From assembly GCA_047495785.1 (NCBI GenBank), contig JBLDXI010000058.1:248001-312000 (forward strand): DNA of 64,000 nucleotides, in the 5' to 3' direction. This stretch comes from Lepidodermella squamata. Taxonomy: Eukaryota; Animalia; Gastrotricha. The position numbers and the translations under genes are program-made. Below, in pieces: positions 1 through 13,914 of this stretch; the stretch's first letter is position 1, and each line of letters opens with the position of its first letter. The notes under the pieces are model-generated. The model saw only the letters and a list, made by a program, of their open reading frames with translations. It was not told the origin of the DNA and did not search any database.

Positions 1-288
1 ATCGATATCAAAGAAAGACGTGCACTGCGAACTAGCAATTCGTTAAATTTGCAACTCAAATTTGCAACTGAAACAGGCACAATATGTCAGCTATGATACA
101 ACGGCCACAAGACGAGAACAGAAATGCAGAGGTTGCGCGAAATTGCAACAGCAAACAAATAATGATGGCTCAAGATCGGAAGTGAAGATGATTGACAAAG
201 ATTTTTTATGCAGAAGCTGCGAAGGATAAATTCGCGGGAATAAAGGCACAATGCATCACAATATAGTCAGCTCCCAGAATAAATCATT

Positions 289-2062
289 TCAAATCCGCGA
301 CGCTGATAGAGTCACGCCGCCGACCGACACGTCATATGGGTTTTGCTGCTGACCATTCGGCCCGCTGTATGCGACTACAGGGGGTCTCCCGTTGGTTCCA
401 GCCGGCGTGGTCGGTTTCGCTGATGAAAATATGTTCCTTGCAGATGCGAAGGTTCGCCGGAAAAATTCACCGCTGTCCGCGAGAAGACGAGCCGGGCGAT
501 GTTCCACCAGCCATATACCTGCGCGAGAACCCGGGTGACGATGGGCGTAGACCACCCATCCCACGCAAAGACCGACAGCAGCGAGTATCGCCAGAACGAT
601 AAGAATTATAAGAATCGCCCAGGCGCCGCCGGACGTTGATCCGGAGGCGGAAGAGCTAGAGTCAGATGATGCCAGCGAGGTCGGCTGGGAGAACAAGTTG
701 ACACCCTCTCGTTGACTGAACGGCAGAGCAGCACAATCGATACGCTGCGTGACATTCTGAACATCACATTGGGCGTCCATCCACGATTTGCGACCTCTAT
801 CGAAGCCGAAAGAGCAGCGCCGTAGGTTGGGACACCAAGCGCATTTGAAAGCCAGGTTTGGGGCTGGCGTGAGACAACTGGAGCATGTGGTCAACTGGAT
901 GCAAGTTGGCAGCGGAGTCATGACAACGGCAGATCGCGACTTCACCCATTCGTTAGGTATCCGAGTTTCCGAATAGACGTGCATAGTTTGGAAGCTCGTC
1001 CCGGTAACGCCATCTTTTCGCTCGGAAGAGTACGCATCTGATAGGCTAATCTGTGGTTTCAAATCAGGGGTTTAACTTGATTTCTAGATAAACCGAGCGA
1101 ATTTACCTCAACAGGGTGTTTTGATTGTGAAATTTGAGAAATGCTTATCTGAATGATCATAATCAAGTTGAATAGATGCAGTGATAACAAAATACTCACC
1201 GGTATGTCTTTGTATGCAAATACTATCCGCCCATCGCGATAAATGTGAGTTTGGAACCGGAACGGGATACTTGGGCTCTCTTGTAAGACAACGTCTCGCC
1301 ACTCAACAACGAGCATCGATTCGTTCGCGAAATACAGGAGCCTATCGCTAGAGGAAAGGCTGAAATCGAAATTCGCCATGAGGGGTGCGATGAACTGCGA
1401 GAAGGTGAGTAATCTAGGATTCAGTACCTGAGAGAAAATCATATACATTTCTCTTCTCAACCATCGGCGAAATAGAAGACTTACCTCCCCTACATAGATG
1501 AAACCACCAGTTGCGATGACAACACGCTTTACTGGGTGGCCGTAGAAAGGAAATGTGAACTTCAAATCAACAACGGCTGCTGTCCGGTAAGAAACGGAGA
1601 GCTTGTCGTGAGATAGAGCCAAAACATTGGAAACATTAGTCGGGACAGAGCTTGGAACTTTGCCGAAATATAGCTCAATCCATAAGCGGTCGAAATCGTC
1701 AAACAGTTGAGTTGTGTAAAAAGTGTGCGGGTCTACGATAGGCAATGGTGTAGTAGTCGATGATGAAAGGCTCCAAGTGGAAATTGCAGGATTGGAAGTC
1801 GTGGTGCTGGAGGCTAAATTGGTTTCGTTTATTGCCGAAGAAGTTGAGTTATTGCCTGTTTCCACTACGGCCTGTCGCCGATTTCGAATGTTCACATCTG
1901 AAATGAAAAAACGCATGATTGGACCGCGATTGTAAAAATGTATTGCTTACTTGAGAAATCTTGTTGCACGCTAAGAATGTCGTACGAGTCACCGAGAGCA
2001 AAAATGGCGTAAGTAAGATGAAGAACGCACACAAATCCAGCTGATTTTATTCTGGGCAGCAT
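289..2062 (-). CDS. PLXDC: Plexin domain-containing protein (PLXDC1/2, TEM7-like), multi-exon
   Basis: Signal-peptide exon (ATG 2062); FTFPFYGH..IATGGF..QFIAPLMANFD motif; PSI domain (CIQLTTCSSC..CAWCPNLRRCS); one TM helix; ORFs 1892-2089, 1059-1916 and 289-1062 joined by short GT-AG introns. Confidence 0.9.
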
Positions 2063-2705
2063 TCTAAATCCCAAATTATATTCTTTCACGACATTCCTAT
2101 GGAAAAAAAACTAAAAATGCAACAATTGGATCACGCATGTATCAAGTATGATCGGGAAACTTCATCGTTTTAACAGATTAGGTTGGCAATCCGATATATA
2201 TATAAAAGCTGTACATTTTACAAATCTCATTATGCGATCGAACTTTAACGTAAAGCAAGAAGTTGGATCAGACGAATAAATGAAATTAGGTTCACGAAAG
2301 GATTATATAGAAACTAATTGCGACATACGATATTTAGTGGCAGAATAGATTCGAAAAGCATATGTATTGCTATTTAGTTGCATGTAAAAATGTTAACACC
2401 TATGGTAATGGGGAAAACCACTGCATAAAGCAGGGGAAACTATTGGATAGAATCTAAGTGTAATACATACGCCATATTTTTTTTAGTGATGCGACCTATT
2501 AGATATGAGCACCAAGGAAAGGTTGCAATATTCTCACTTGGCCGTGTTACAAAAGCAGTGAGTGCAGTCTTGGCATTTTCGACCGAATTCGTCATGGCAG
2601 TGAGATAATATAACATGAACCCATAAGTATTACTTCTTTCAGATTTTCACGGCGGTTTTTTTGCCCCATTGCACATTGCTATTTAAGTAACACGCTTAGC
2701 TCAAA

Positions 2706-2883
2706 GTAAGCTCACCTTGCCATAAGCTCAGCGCACTCGCACTGTAGCTCAACTTACAAGTTCAGCTAGCTTGAAATCAGCTCTGTTTATCAAGCTCGTA
2801 AGCGGAGTAAGGTGAGCTGACAAGCTAAGCTGAGTTATGTGAGGAATGAGTCAAACAAGCTGAGCTGATCAGTTGAGCTTACT
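2706..2883. repeat. Degenerate AGCT-rich inverted repeat (possible MITE remnant)
   Basis: GTAAGCTCA near 2706 and TGAGCTTAC near 2875-2883; AGCTCA motifs in the first half mirrored by TGAGCT in the second. Confidence 0.4.
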
Positions 2884-3328
2884 CCGTGCTCCCAATGCCA
2901 TACCCATCGTTACTTGCGGGATCCGAGACCTAGTAATGAGCTGCGCAGTAAGGAGCTATTGTGAATAAGAACTGAAATACGCGGAATTCCACAAAGGCGA
3001 CGACATACACTTAAAGCCAGTTTTTCAAGAGCCTTAAAAATCAGCTATTCATTGTTGAGCGAAGTCTGATTAAAACACGAGTGCGAAATCGCAATACTGC
3101 TATTATTCATAAATAATTTCTTAATTTACTAATACCACGCCAAGTTCACGATGCATATTTTTAAAGAGATTTTACGGCACTGATCGGCGAGAAAAATTGA
3201 GAGACGCAGATTGAAAAATCCTATTTCGAAAAAATGGTGTTCACTACCTGTTCAGTCATCGAACTGTTAGTCGGTTACGAAATTTTTCAAACATTTTGCA
3301 ATAAGTAGCACCATCCGAACCCTAGGGC

Positions 3329-3539
3329 AAAGTGTCCCAAATTTGAAAATGAAATTTTGACGCAATTTTTTTTTACTGTATGGAAAATGGTGAGCTTCTC
3401 CGAAATCGCCCTAATGTCATGCAGTTGGACGGTCAAGACACCGTACTGGCTAAAGAGTGGCCTCCTGCGAGCTTCAGCCTTCGATAAAGTTCACGTCATA
3501 CGTCATAAGTCTGCGCTTTTTGCAGATTTGGGGCACTTT
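3329..3539. repeat. Short inverted-repeat pair, possible MITE fragment
   Basis: AAAGTGTCCCAAATTTGAAAA versus reverse complement AAAGTGCCCCAAATCTGCAAAA about 190 bp downstream. Confidence 0.35.
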
Positions 3540-6254
3540 AACATATTATTCAAGATGTAATGTCATTTCTATTTTAAAAGATTCCTGTAAATAGTCAACA
3601 ACCACTGGTATTGTAAACGCTAAGCAAATTCAGAAGTATTAGTATTGCTACTTATTATCAGTTATCAGTCGGGGCATTACTTCCATTAAACCTGACAATT
3701 TGAATAGGTACGGAAGGCTCCACTTGCCAGTGGTTATTCCTTATTCCATTTAGAAGAAAAAGCTTCCTGAACTGAGGGACTGGAAAACCCCAAAATTTCG
3801 TGACTACCTCTTGGGAATCAAGACTTCCGCAGAATATCAGCGTAAATACTGACAGTTGGCTAAATACAGTAATTTCCTGTTTCCTAGAAATGTCAGAATC
3901 TAAAACTATAGATATTAGATAATTTCTTCTGCGAAACCGTAAAGATGAATAAGATGGCGATGGTAACAGACAAAGCCATTGAGAATGCTGATTTTAACGA
4001 TGCTATTTTCAAATACCCAAGATGAAGATGAAGAAATTTATATTGGAAGAATGGCCTGTCCTTACAAATTTGGCCTTACTAATTATTATTTTTAATCACC
4101 TTATCTAATGTATGCGTGCCTTGCGCGCATCATCCTATAATAAACATTCTTATATGCTGTGCACGGTCGCCTTACTTCTGCGCTCGATCCTCTTTTTGCC
4201 CATTTATAAATCATTCCTAAATACTGTTATTCTTTTATAAAATTAAAAAAAAATGGTGCAATCAGAAGGAAAACAATGATGATGATGAAGCCCGCGTGCT
4301 CGAGTTCTGCTCTGCTCTCGAAACGGGCTTTCCATGACCTACTAAAATAACAAATATAAGATGTTCCCCTAGTGGGAGCGCGACTCCAGACTCTAGACGC
4401 CATCTGCACCTCATTAACGCTTTGTCACCGTTACTGGTGATTTAGCAAGGTGCATTTTTTGTTATCCAGTATCAAGGTTACCCATCAGGAAGCTAGGTGC
4501 GAAGAAGTAAAACGAATTTCTTGAACTTTCTGAGTTTGAACGGAGTACTGTATCATAGAATCGCGCCATAATTGGCGGCCACTTAGTAAGCCTGCGCTTA
4601 ATATGTGAGTTTAATAAGAAGTTTTTATGCTATATGCTATCTTGGGTCTTGAGTATTCGTGTCGGATGTCAGTAGTCCTGCGTCATCTTCTTCCAGGCAA
4701 AATCATCACACTTCGCACTTGGCAAGGCAAGACTCCTTGCTCCTTTAAAAAAGAGAAGAGAGAAGAGATGCGACCATAGCAATCCCAGCAATTCGTTTAC
4801 AGACCTCCCTTGAAAATGCTCCCGTCTGCCTTAGTGACCCTCCATTTCAGCCCGTTATTATTGTTTGCCAGCTTAAATAGAAAATGAAAAAAATTAGAAA
4901 AATTAAGATTTTGAGTTGTCAATAATTTTATTTCATGTTTAGTTAACTACTGAAAAATGATAATTGTGATGTGTTCAGTTTGCCGGGCTGAAACTTCTCC
5001 TTTCTCGAAACACTTTTCTGCTTGTGCGTCATTCCACGTCAAGAGAGTCCAAAGCTTCGAAACTATTGAAATTCAACAATTCATTGATTCAATAACTGAT
5101 CACTACGCAGCAAAAGAATCCTGAAATTGGTATCCGCCAATTTCACAGTGAATTAGATCATCGTTCATCATTCTCTATTTTCTTTAACTAAAACAAGTTA
5201 GCCAGTCAACAGTTTTAATCTTGGCATTTTTTGCTCCTGTTTGCCGTAGTTAGCATTCTGCTAATGCTTCGTTTATGGTTTATAATAGCTAGTTAGTCAC
5301 TAGAGATGGCAGGTGGTGTTTTTGTGCTTGTTTGATTTCCCGGGAACTATTAAAACTAAATGAGCTTCTCTGATTTTGTAATTGTTATTACAATTACCCT
5401 ATTTGTTACTTTCCAATGTAATTTTGTTAAATATTAGCATGTTCTTCTGGCCAGCATGGAGCATATATGGATATGCCAACACCCAATAGCATCGACGGCA
5501 AGTCGTAAGCTACATGGCGTGTTAAAAATATCAAGACCAACAATTGGCAACCATGGTTGAACTTCATACGATACAATGGATTTCGAGATTTTTTGTTAGG
5601 TGTTTAGATAATCCTGAATGCATTCATTCTAGCACTCATTCTAGCAATGCTGTCCACATCTTTGCCTAGTAATTTTGGTGCCTCTTAACCCCTTCCAATG
5701 ATGCTTATTAGTGTAACGCTTAGAATAGAAGTAGACCACTTTAGAAACTGAAACTTGACATTAAAGCTATGTAACTTTCGGCTTGATGATAACCTAAAAA
5801 GACGCCACCGCTGTATCGCCATACGCTCTTTTGGGCGGTAACGACTGAAGATTGAGCAGCCGCTCGGAATGCCTTTCCATGCCACTGAACGTGTCCTAAA
5901 TATCATGTATCGTGTCGAATAATGTCCATAATGCATGGCACCCGGACGAAAGGGTTTCTCAATCCGCCCCACCTTCTACATCCCAACATCATATTTAATT
6001 ATCACAAAATGACTAGTTTCTTAACAATTACCTAGTCTGGTTTTCTGGTCAGTTTTAATTTCAGCAGCTTTAGCCATGTAAAGAATACTTAATTACATTT
6101 TTCTTTAAAGCCTGCAATGCGAGAAAATAAGTTGAACGACATGCTTAATGTTCTTGTGAAAGCATCCTTTTACTTCCATTTGATAGCCTCTGATTGCAAA
6201 CCAGCGGTGTGCCTCTCTGATCCATTTTGTTTTTTTAAGTCATAGTCTTCTTAA

Positions 6255-6875
<621 letters not shown>

Positions 6876-7867
6876 CAAGTCGTATCGTATGGCATTGACA
6901 GCATCTCTTTGTCAAACCATTCCCCTTATTAGCAAGTACTGTGACACTTTAATATTATGTTTATCTTATTCATGAAACTTGAATCATTTCCGGATCGTCA
7001 TCAGATAAATGATGTCATTATGTGAGCTCTGCATGTGATGAGGGTGGTTCTGTTGTTGCTTGCTTGATTTATATTCCGAAATTTCGATAGCGCAACTCGC
7101 TAACAGTCATTCCTCGAAGTTCAATTTGCAATTAAGGAGTTTGATTTGACTGAATCACTTCGGGTTTCTCTGGTGCAACTGTCAAGTAAATCCTTTACTT
7201 GGTTCATCAAATATTTGGATGAATATTTGTAAAAAGTATAATGTCTTTTCTCCTGTGCTAACAAACCTTCGTTCAGAATGACCTGGTGGCTGCAAGCTAT
7301 CGGCCTAAAATGATATTCGTCTTATTCTGCTTCTCTTTTTGGCTTTGCTGTGGAACCCAGACAAGTGTAAGAATGGTAATGGGCGCCTTGGCTTGTGCGT
7401 TGTGGTGATTATAATGAATAATAATACTATTTTGTTAGCTTGTCCCTTATCGCGAATTTCATTCGGCTCGCGTATAACGTGTCATGGCTAATTCCTGCTG
7501 TTAAGCGAGTAAAACATACAATACTAATTAATCAATCTTCGACCAGATGTTGGCTGTAACATTATATTATATTATATTGATGAGTATGGAATCATTTCGT
7601 CAGGAGAATGTAAGTAAAAAATGACGCGCGAATTAAAAATAAAGACGTGTGACTCATTGTCGATCGTTGTCTTGACTTGATAAATGGTCCAGATTATAGT
7701 GAATTCCGATTAAAAACCTCCAAGTTTCCATCACTTTTAATACCACGTATGAATAGAATGTTCAGATAGCAGCTCTAAACCTTGCGGTAACAATTAGATA
7801 ATTGAGCCAAAATGTGAATGAATGCGCTGCAAGAAATGACGAATTTATGGACAATTGTCTTCCACGG

Positions 7868-8486
7868 TACCGTCAAACGGCGACTTTGCCTGCCGGGGTC
7901 ACTTGCCACGGAAAAATGGGGCGACTTTCGCTTAGCCATATCTCAGAGGTATCAAGATAAAGACCCCTAGAGTGGGTTAACGTTGGAAAGCCCAAGCAAA
8001 GACGAACTGGAATACCTTAAACATACTTTAGCCCTTCATGATACCTGGTGATTAATCACGGGTGAAGTTGAGCGAAAAACACCGTTTCCGGCAGAATTTA
8101 GATGACTCTTAAGTCGACCAGGTGTGATCAAAATGAAATAATCTTTTCATTTTCGAGCAGCCCCCGGCACAAGCTACCCAGCGGCACCCCACTTGAGAGG
8201 TGTCCGCCTTTCCACCTGCGGTTTGAGTTAGGGCAAAGTCACCCCAGCTGCATCTAAACCGTACTCGGGTCACTTTGCCACCCTTCCACGTCATTTATTA
8301 AGTTAAATACGGCTCAAACGGTTCCACAACGTATGTAATTTAATTCTCCATCATCAGGGCTTTCCATTGACATCCTACTTGACATGTATCATGCCTGAGA
8401 AAATGACATCGTGTGTGATCTAAACTCGATCTCAAAAACCTATGGCAATGTCACCCCACTGGCTAAAGTCAGCCCGTTTGACGGTA
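7868..8486. mobile_element. Non-autonomous DNA transposon (MITE), Tc1/mariner-pogo-like
   Basis: Terminal inverted repeats TACCGTCAAACGG(C)GACTTTGCC and GGCTAAAGTCAGCCCGTTTGACGGTA; TA at both ends; internal GGGTCACTTTGCC-type subrepeats; no transposase ORF. Confidence 0.7.
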
Positions 8487-8832
8487 TTTGGCGGGCCTCG
8501 AAGCATTAATTACTGACTGAGCTACACCAATGCCACCTTTCTTCGCTAGGAAATGGTTGGTATTATAGAACTTGGAGCTGGTCCGAAATTAGGGCAATTG
8601 CAAACAAAAAACGCTTGCTTATGACAGCATTATTTTTATTGTGCTGAAGTCACCGGCGATAACAGATACAAGTAGTATAATCTTTATAATGACCTTGGGT
8701 CCGCCAATGAACTCACAAGGGTCGTAGTATTAACACATGGGCATGAAGCATAAATAGGCGCCACCAACCAGCAAGCCGAACGATCTAAGGCTTTTTATTA
8801 TGAGCTAACGACCAGAAGCTAAGAAGCGTTTA

Positions 8833-10628
8833 CTAGCTGTGTTGAACTTCAGAGGACTGCTCGACCGTAGGCGCAGGCGGCTGCATGTCCGTCACGTCGA
8901 CTAGGGTCAGCTGAGCGAAGCCTATTAGAAGTTTCTCGTCCGGCAGTTGCGACGGGGGCGGAGAAGCTCCAGTCGGCGAGTTCGTGCCCGACGACCCAGA
9001 CATGAGCAAGCTGGCCGAGGAAAGTTGGAAGACTATGCAAGTTCCGGGTTCTGGTGATTCAACCACCTTGTCGATATTGGCCGCCACCACGACTCGATCA
9101 CGACCGTCGACGAGGCCGGCTTCGACAAGCTCGGCAGCTACGGCAAGGGCAGAGTCGATTCCGCAACTGAAGTCGAAATTGATGTCATTCAGCTCATTTT
9201 TCTCGTTTCTAAAATAAAACATCAGTCAATCAATTCATAGTTAAAAATTAAAAGCAAACCGTAGTCGAAGAACCAGGTTCATCGATTTTCCGGCGTGTTT
9301 ACTCGCCGGCGGCTGTTGCTGGTGGTGTTGGGGTGGAGGCATAGCTTTACCTTCGGCTGCTTTCTCAGCGTCTAACTCATCGCTTTCCCGGGGCGTGTCA
9401 GTGTCCTCCCACTCCCAATCTCCAGTTTCCAAACGAACCAATCGACCCGACTGTCCGGGCATTCTTTTCACCTTCTGATGCCGAATTATTGGACCTTGGG
9501 ACACGACGATTTTCGATAAATAACTCTTATCTTTCGCTTTCTTAAAGAAATCTTGTTTGAGGAGTTGTTTAGCCGAAGGTCTATTGAAATCGCCATAAGA
9601 AACTGATAATGAATCATAAAAAATAATCTAATCAAATACCTTTCTTTTGGGTCCTTTTGCAGACAGAGGCCGACTAGTTTCCTGAACGACTTGCCATATT
9701 GGCGATATTGATCGCGCTCTGTCGCATTTGTATCAATGGTGGGTGGGTCATTTTCCAAGGTCATCAATAGCACTTTCATCGGCGGGTGCTTGTGATAGGG
9801 CGCTGCTCCCGTCGCAAGTTCAATCGCCGTAATTCCAACACTCCAAATATCTGCCTTGAAATTGTAGCCTTCTGGCGGCTGTTCCATAACTTCAGGTGCC
9901 ATCCAGCCTAAAACTCAAATTATGCAACGCGTCATCAGAATTATAATAAGATAGCTTACATGGCGTTCCGACAAAAGTATGGCGACCACTTTCGCGATCG
10001 ACGGCTGCTGCTACGGCCAATCGGGCCGCCACCCCGAAATCAGCGATTCGAATGCTGCCATCTTCCTTCATCAACACGTTTCCAGCCTTGATATCTCTGT
10101 GTAACTGACCGTTTGAATGCAGATAGTCAAGGCCATTCAGCACTTCACGGAGCACAGTAGCAATGAAAGGTTCATCGAAAACGCCGTAGCGGCAACCATC
10201 TTCGCTAGTCTTTATGCGATGTTTTATGACATCAAGAAGCGAACCAACTGCACACAACTCCATAACTGCAATGAAAATTAACATAATATAGGTATACACT
10301 AATTTCAATTCAACTCACTCATCCACAATTCCTCCCTGGCGACAAACGAAGTATAATAGGCAACGATGTTCTCATGTTGGCAATGGCTCATCGCACTGAT
10401 TTCCTTGGTCAACTCCTCAATTGAAGTCTGGCATTTTTCAAGATTGATTCGCTTGATAGCACATCGTTCTTTGCGAGGAATGCACAGAGCTTCGTGGACT
10501 TGAGCAGTTGCACCGCTGCCTATGACTTCGCGTAGATCGTAGCCCTCCTTCGAATTCGGCCAAGCTCCGAAATTACCACTCACCGTCGGCATGCTGCCAC
10601 TTGTCGCGGTGCTTGGAGGCGCCGCCAT
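8833..10628 (-). CDS. OXSR1: STE20-family kinase OSR1/SPAK (fray/GCK-3), multi-exon
   Basis: [31 protein letters not shown]; S-motif region [13 protein letters not shown]; C-terminal CCT domain [22 protein letters not shown]. Confidence 0.93.
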
Positions 10629-10834
10629 TCAACTCTGCGCTCGAACCAAAAATCGGTCTAACAACTACTACCAAATTCTAACAGCCATGCCTATTTCCAG
10701 GGAAGCAAAATAATAAGTGGTGAAATCGACACGATCTTTGATCATGAATTAGCTTCGAATCGATAAAAATCACTGATGTTTTGAAATTTAAATAATTAAC
10801 AATATCTGATTATTGAGCAACGCGAATAAATAAA

Positions 10835-11652
10835 TCAATCTGCAGCCGTCAGATGACCGCCTGATCGACCAGTGGCAGACCCCAGAGAGCTTGCCAAACG
10901 CTCCACTGAGGAAAGAGCCAGCTTAAACTTGGCTATTATATCTTGTAGCTGTTGCATGGTGCAGAAAAAAGTCAATTCGTGATTACAGCCAGAAGGATCG
11001 TTGGAGCGCTGATAAAAAAGATGAATTTTTTTAAATACAGCTGAAAATATGCTCTCAATACCTGGACTATAAATGTAACAGCGTAGCGAAAGTCGCGCAT
11101 GTCATCAAGCTCACTGTCTTTAGTGATGAAATCCAAACGGTAGGTCACATCGCATAAAATCAAGGCACCGGTCTCTAGACTGTCGTAAAATGCTGCAAGT
11201 GTTAATGATACCTACAGATTAATCAATAACATACCATGTAAGCGCTGATCGCATTGCAGCGCGGTGAGTTTGATAGGAGCGCGTGACGCTATCTACTACG
11301 AGCTGTTTCGCCCCCGTGCTCTGGAAAAACACACATCTCGTGAGAGTAACACCACGTTGTAGTAAATAGGTTGTCGAGACAAAAAAACATACTTCACTTT
11401 ATCAACTGGCATGTTATTTTGCGCGGCAGTAGTGAACACTGCGGCCAGTGCAATAAAAAATTCGCGGCAATCCTCGGTAGACATGCCGTTCAGGACAATT
11501 GATTTCTCTGGAGGGGTCGAATTTTCATCAATGATGGCAATGGTGGAAGCTACCCAGTCGGCAAAATTTTGCAAGGTCGTCGCATTGCCATCGTACAGAC
11601 CGCAAAGAGCGGTAAACTTTTTAAGGAATTTAGGAGGGAACAAGCTCTCCAT
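10835..11652 (-). CDS. COMMD3: COMM domain-containing protein 3, multi-exon
   Basis: Spliced C-terminus DVTYRLDFITKDSEL..YAVTFIVQ..ELTFFCTMQQLQDIIAKFKLALSSVERL matches the COMM domain pattern of COMMD3. Confidence 0.75.
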
Positions 11653-11802
11653 TTCTCTATATCATAAATCGATACATGAAATTTATGAAAGGTTGACAAA
11701 GCGCGTTTGGCGTAAGAAAAGGTTGAGCAAATTTGAGAACAAGAAGTCAATCAGAATGCACAGCAAGGATTGTGGAATAGTCTCAAGAGTTGGCGTGGAA
11801 AA

Positions 11803-12766
11803 TCAAATTTTTGGCATTTTCAGGTCACCATCGTCATCGATACCAACCTCCTCCTAATCGATGAAATAGGAAGCTGCCATTACAGGCTTTGAATAGCCAA
11901 TTCAATACTTACGATAAATTCCTTTTTTGACTTGGGATAGCTCTCCAGGATGGTACTCATCATATCATTGACTATGCCTTTACGTTTGCGCCACTCTCGA
12001 ACCGAAGCTTGTAATTTTTTGGCAATCTAACAGGCAAATAGCAAACTTTCATTTGATCGATCTGAATTCAACACGTCAAGAAACACCTTGTCTCGATCGG
12101 CTTTGGAAATTACAGGACCAGACGCATTTTTTATTTGATTGAGACGATCTCGATCTCTCGTAAAATTTTCCTTCAAATCGCGCAGCTCTGCTTTCACCTG
12201 CTCGACCGTCATCTCATTCTTCAATCCCGCCAGCTCTAATAAATAATTGATTCACCCTGCATCTAATGCCATTTATATCGGTTTTACCTTGGGCCAATTT
12301 TCGATTACGCTCCACTTTTTCTTTTAGCTTCAATTTCAGATTGCCAACTTCAACATCGAGATCTCTTAGCTCCATGTCATTTAGTGAGGACAATTTAGAC
12401 TATGGGAACGAGGAAGAGATTTTTCAAATATTCAATCGGATAAAATTTACTTGATCGAGAACATAAACTTTTTGCTTTCCAAACGTTTTTTCCACCACAT
12501 CGCCATCAGCAACAAGCTGGTCGATAGCCTTTTGAACAACCTGTAATCGAAGCAATTTGACATAGGTATGCCGCGGGGAGGAACGATTGACATACGGTCT
12601 TGCTGTGTTCATTTCTCAGCCCAGTAACCACATCATTTGTGCTGAAAGGCCGGTTTTGCACCGTGAGGAAACTCAAAACAGCAGCTGGAAAGCACTCGAA
12701 CCATTGAATATGGATATCGAATTCTCAAAGATTAGTCTCACCCTTGCTTTCCTTCTCCTTGGACAT
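11803..12766 (-). CDS. PSMC3IP: Homologous-pairing protein 2 (HOP2/TBPIP), multi-exon
   Basis: QNRPFSTNDV, VVQKAIDQL..EKTFGKQKVY, coiled coil, EWRKRK..ILESYPKSKKEF..EEVGI. Confidence 0.88.
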
Positions 12767-13005
12767 TTAATTATGTTCAAAGCAACCTATTTTTAAGCCA
12801 TGAATATGAATTTTTCGATGTAACATTGCTTGATTTATTCGACAAAGAAACTACAATAATAATAAAAAAACTTGATGCAGAGCGTAGAGGTCAAATGATG
12901 CACAGCATCTTCAATCCAACAACGTTCGTCAAATCAACAATCTACATCAAATCCAACGCTAGATACCAAAGAAGCATATACGTAAAAATCAATCAAGCCA
13001 GTTGT

Positions 13006-13914
13006 CTACGCGTCAGTGTGCCGGCGGTCGTGATATAACTGCTTGAGCGCGGCAAGAGCCAGCCGGTAGCGACGCTCGTTTTTGCCTAGAAGAGAGCGAT
13101 ATCGCTCACGCTGCTCACGCCATCTAGCAATGTGCTCTAGTTTCAACAAAGTGATGCTTGGAGCACGATCCTCAGGCTATAAGCAATAAGCATAATCGCA
13201 AAAATTAATCAAAATTAAAATAATAGGAAAAAGGTAACTTACGACGTCTAGATTGCTCAAATCAAGAGGGTACTTTGATGGAATTTTGAGTGGCGGCTCG
13301 AAAACAGCGCGAGGACCTTTATCTGGTGAAGGAAGCTTGGTCATCGCCCCTGGAATTTTCGAAGCCCGCATTAAAGCAGCACTGGCGTCACCAGAGGGCT
13401 CACTGCCCACGAAACTCCGAATCCAAGCACGGCATAAAACATAAAGGCTGACATCGTCGGGAAACTGATCAAAAGAAAAACGGCGATCCATAAGACTCAG
13501 TAGCAAATCTAAAATATCGATTTAATCTTCAAAATTCCAGTTCAAAGTCATGGTTTTACTGTTTTTTGAGCTTTCCCTGGCATCTTCCTTCTTCCTGCGC
13601 TTTTTGCTGATATTGCGACCAAGTGCACGCTGGGGTCGTTTTCTAGGAGATATCAGAACTCCATTGGCGCTGTTGAGAAAATTCTCATGTAAATAAGCGG
13701 CTATTTCTGACAAGAAAACTTACTCAAATACATTTTCGTCGGGTTCTTTCTTGATTGGAACGTAGTCATCTGGAACGCTGTTGTAGAATGAATTAGAAGC
13801 AAAACTCACGGTTGATACTTTTACTCACTCATCACAGTCACTCTCTCGTTCAATAAGACTGGCCAAAACGCCATCCAGTTTAGTCCTGGCGAGTTTTACC
13901 TCGGGACTATCCAT
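13006..13914 (-). CDS. LIN37: LIN-37 (DREAM/MuvB subunit), multi-exon
   Basis: ARTKLDGVL N-terminus; LMDRRFSFDQFPDDVSLYVLCRAWI (LIN37 CRAW motif); LPSP; HIARWREQRERY..NERRY. Confidence 0.8.
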
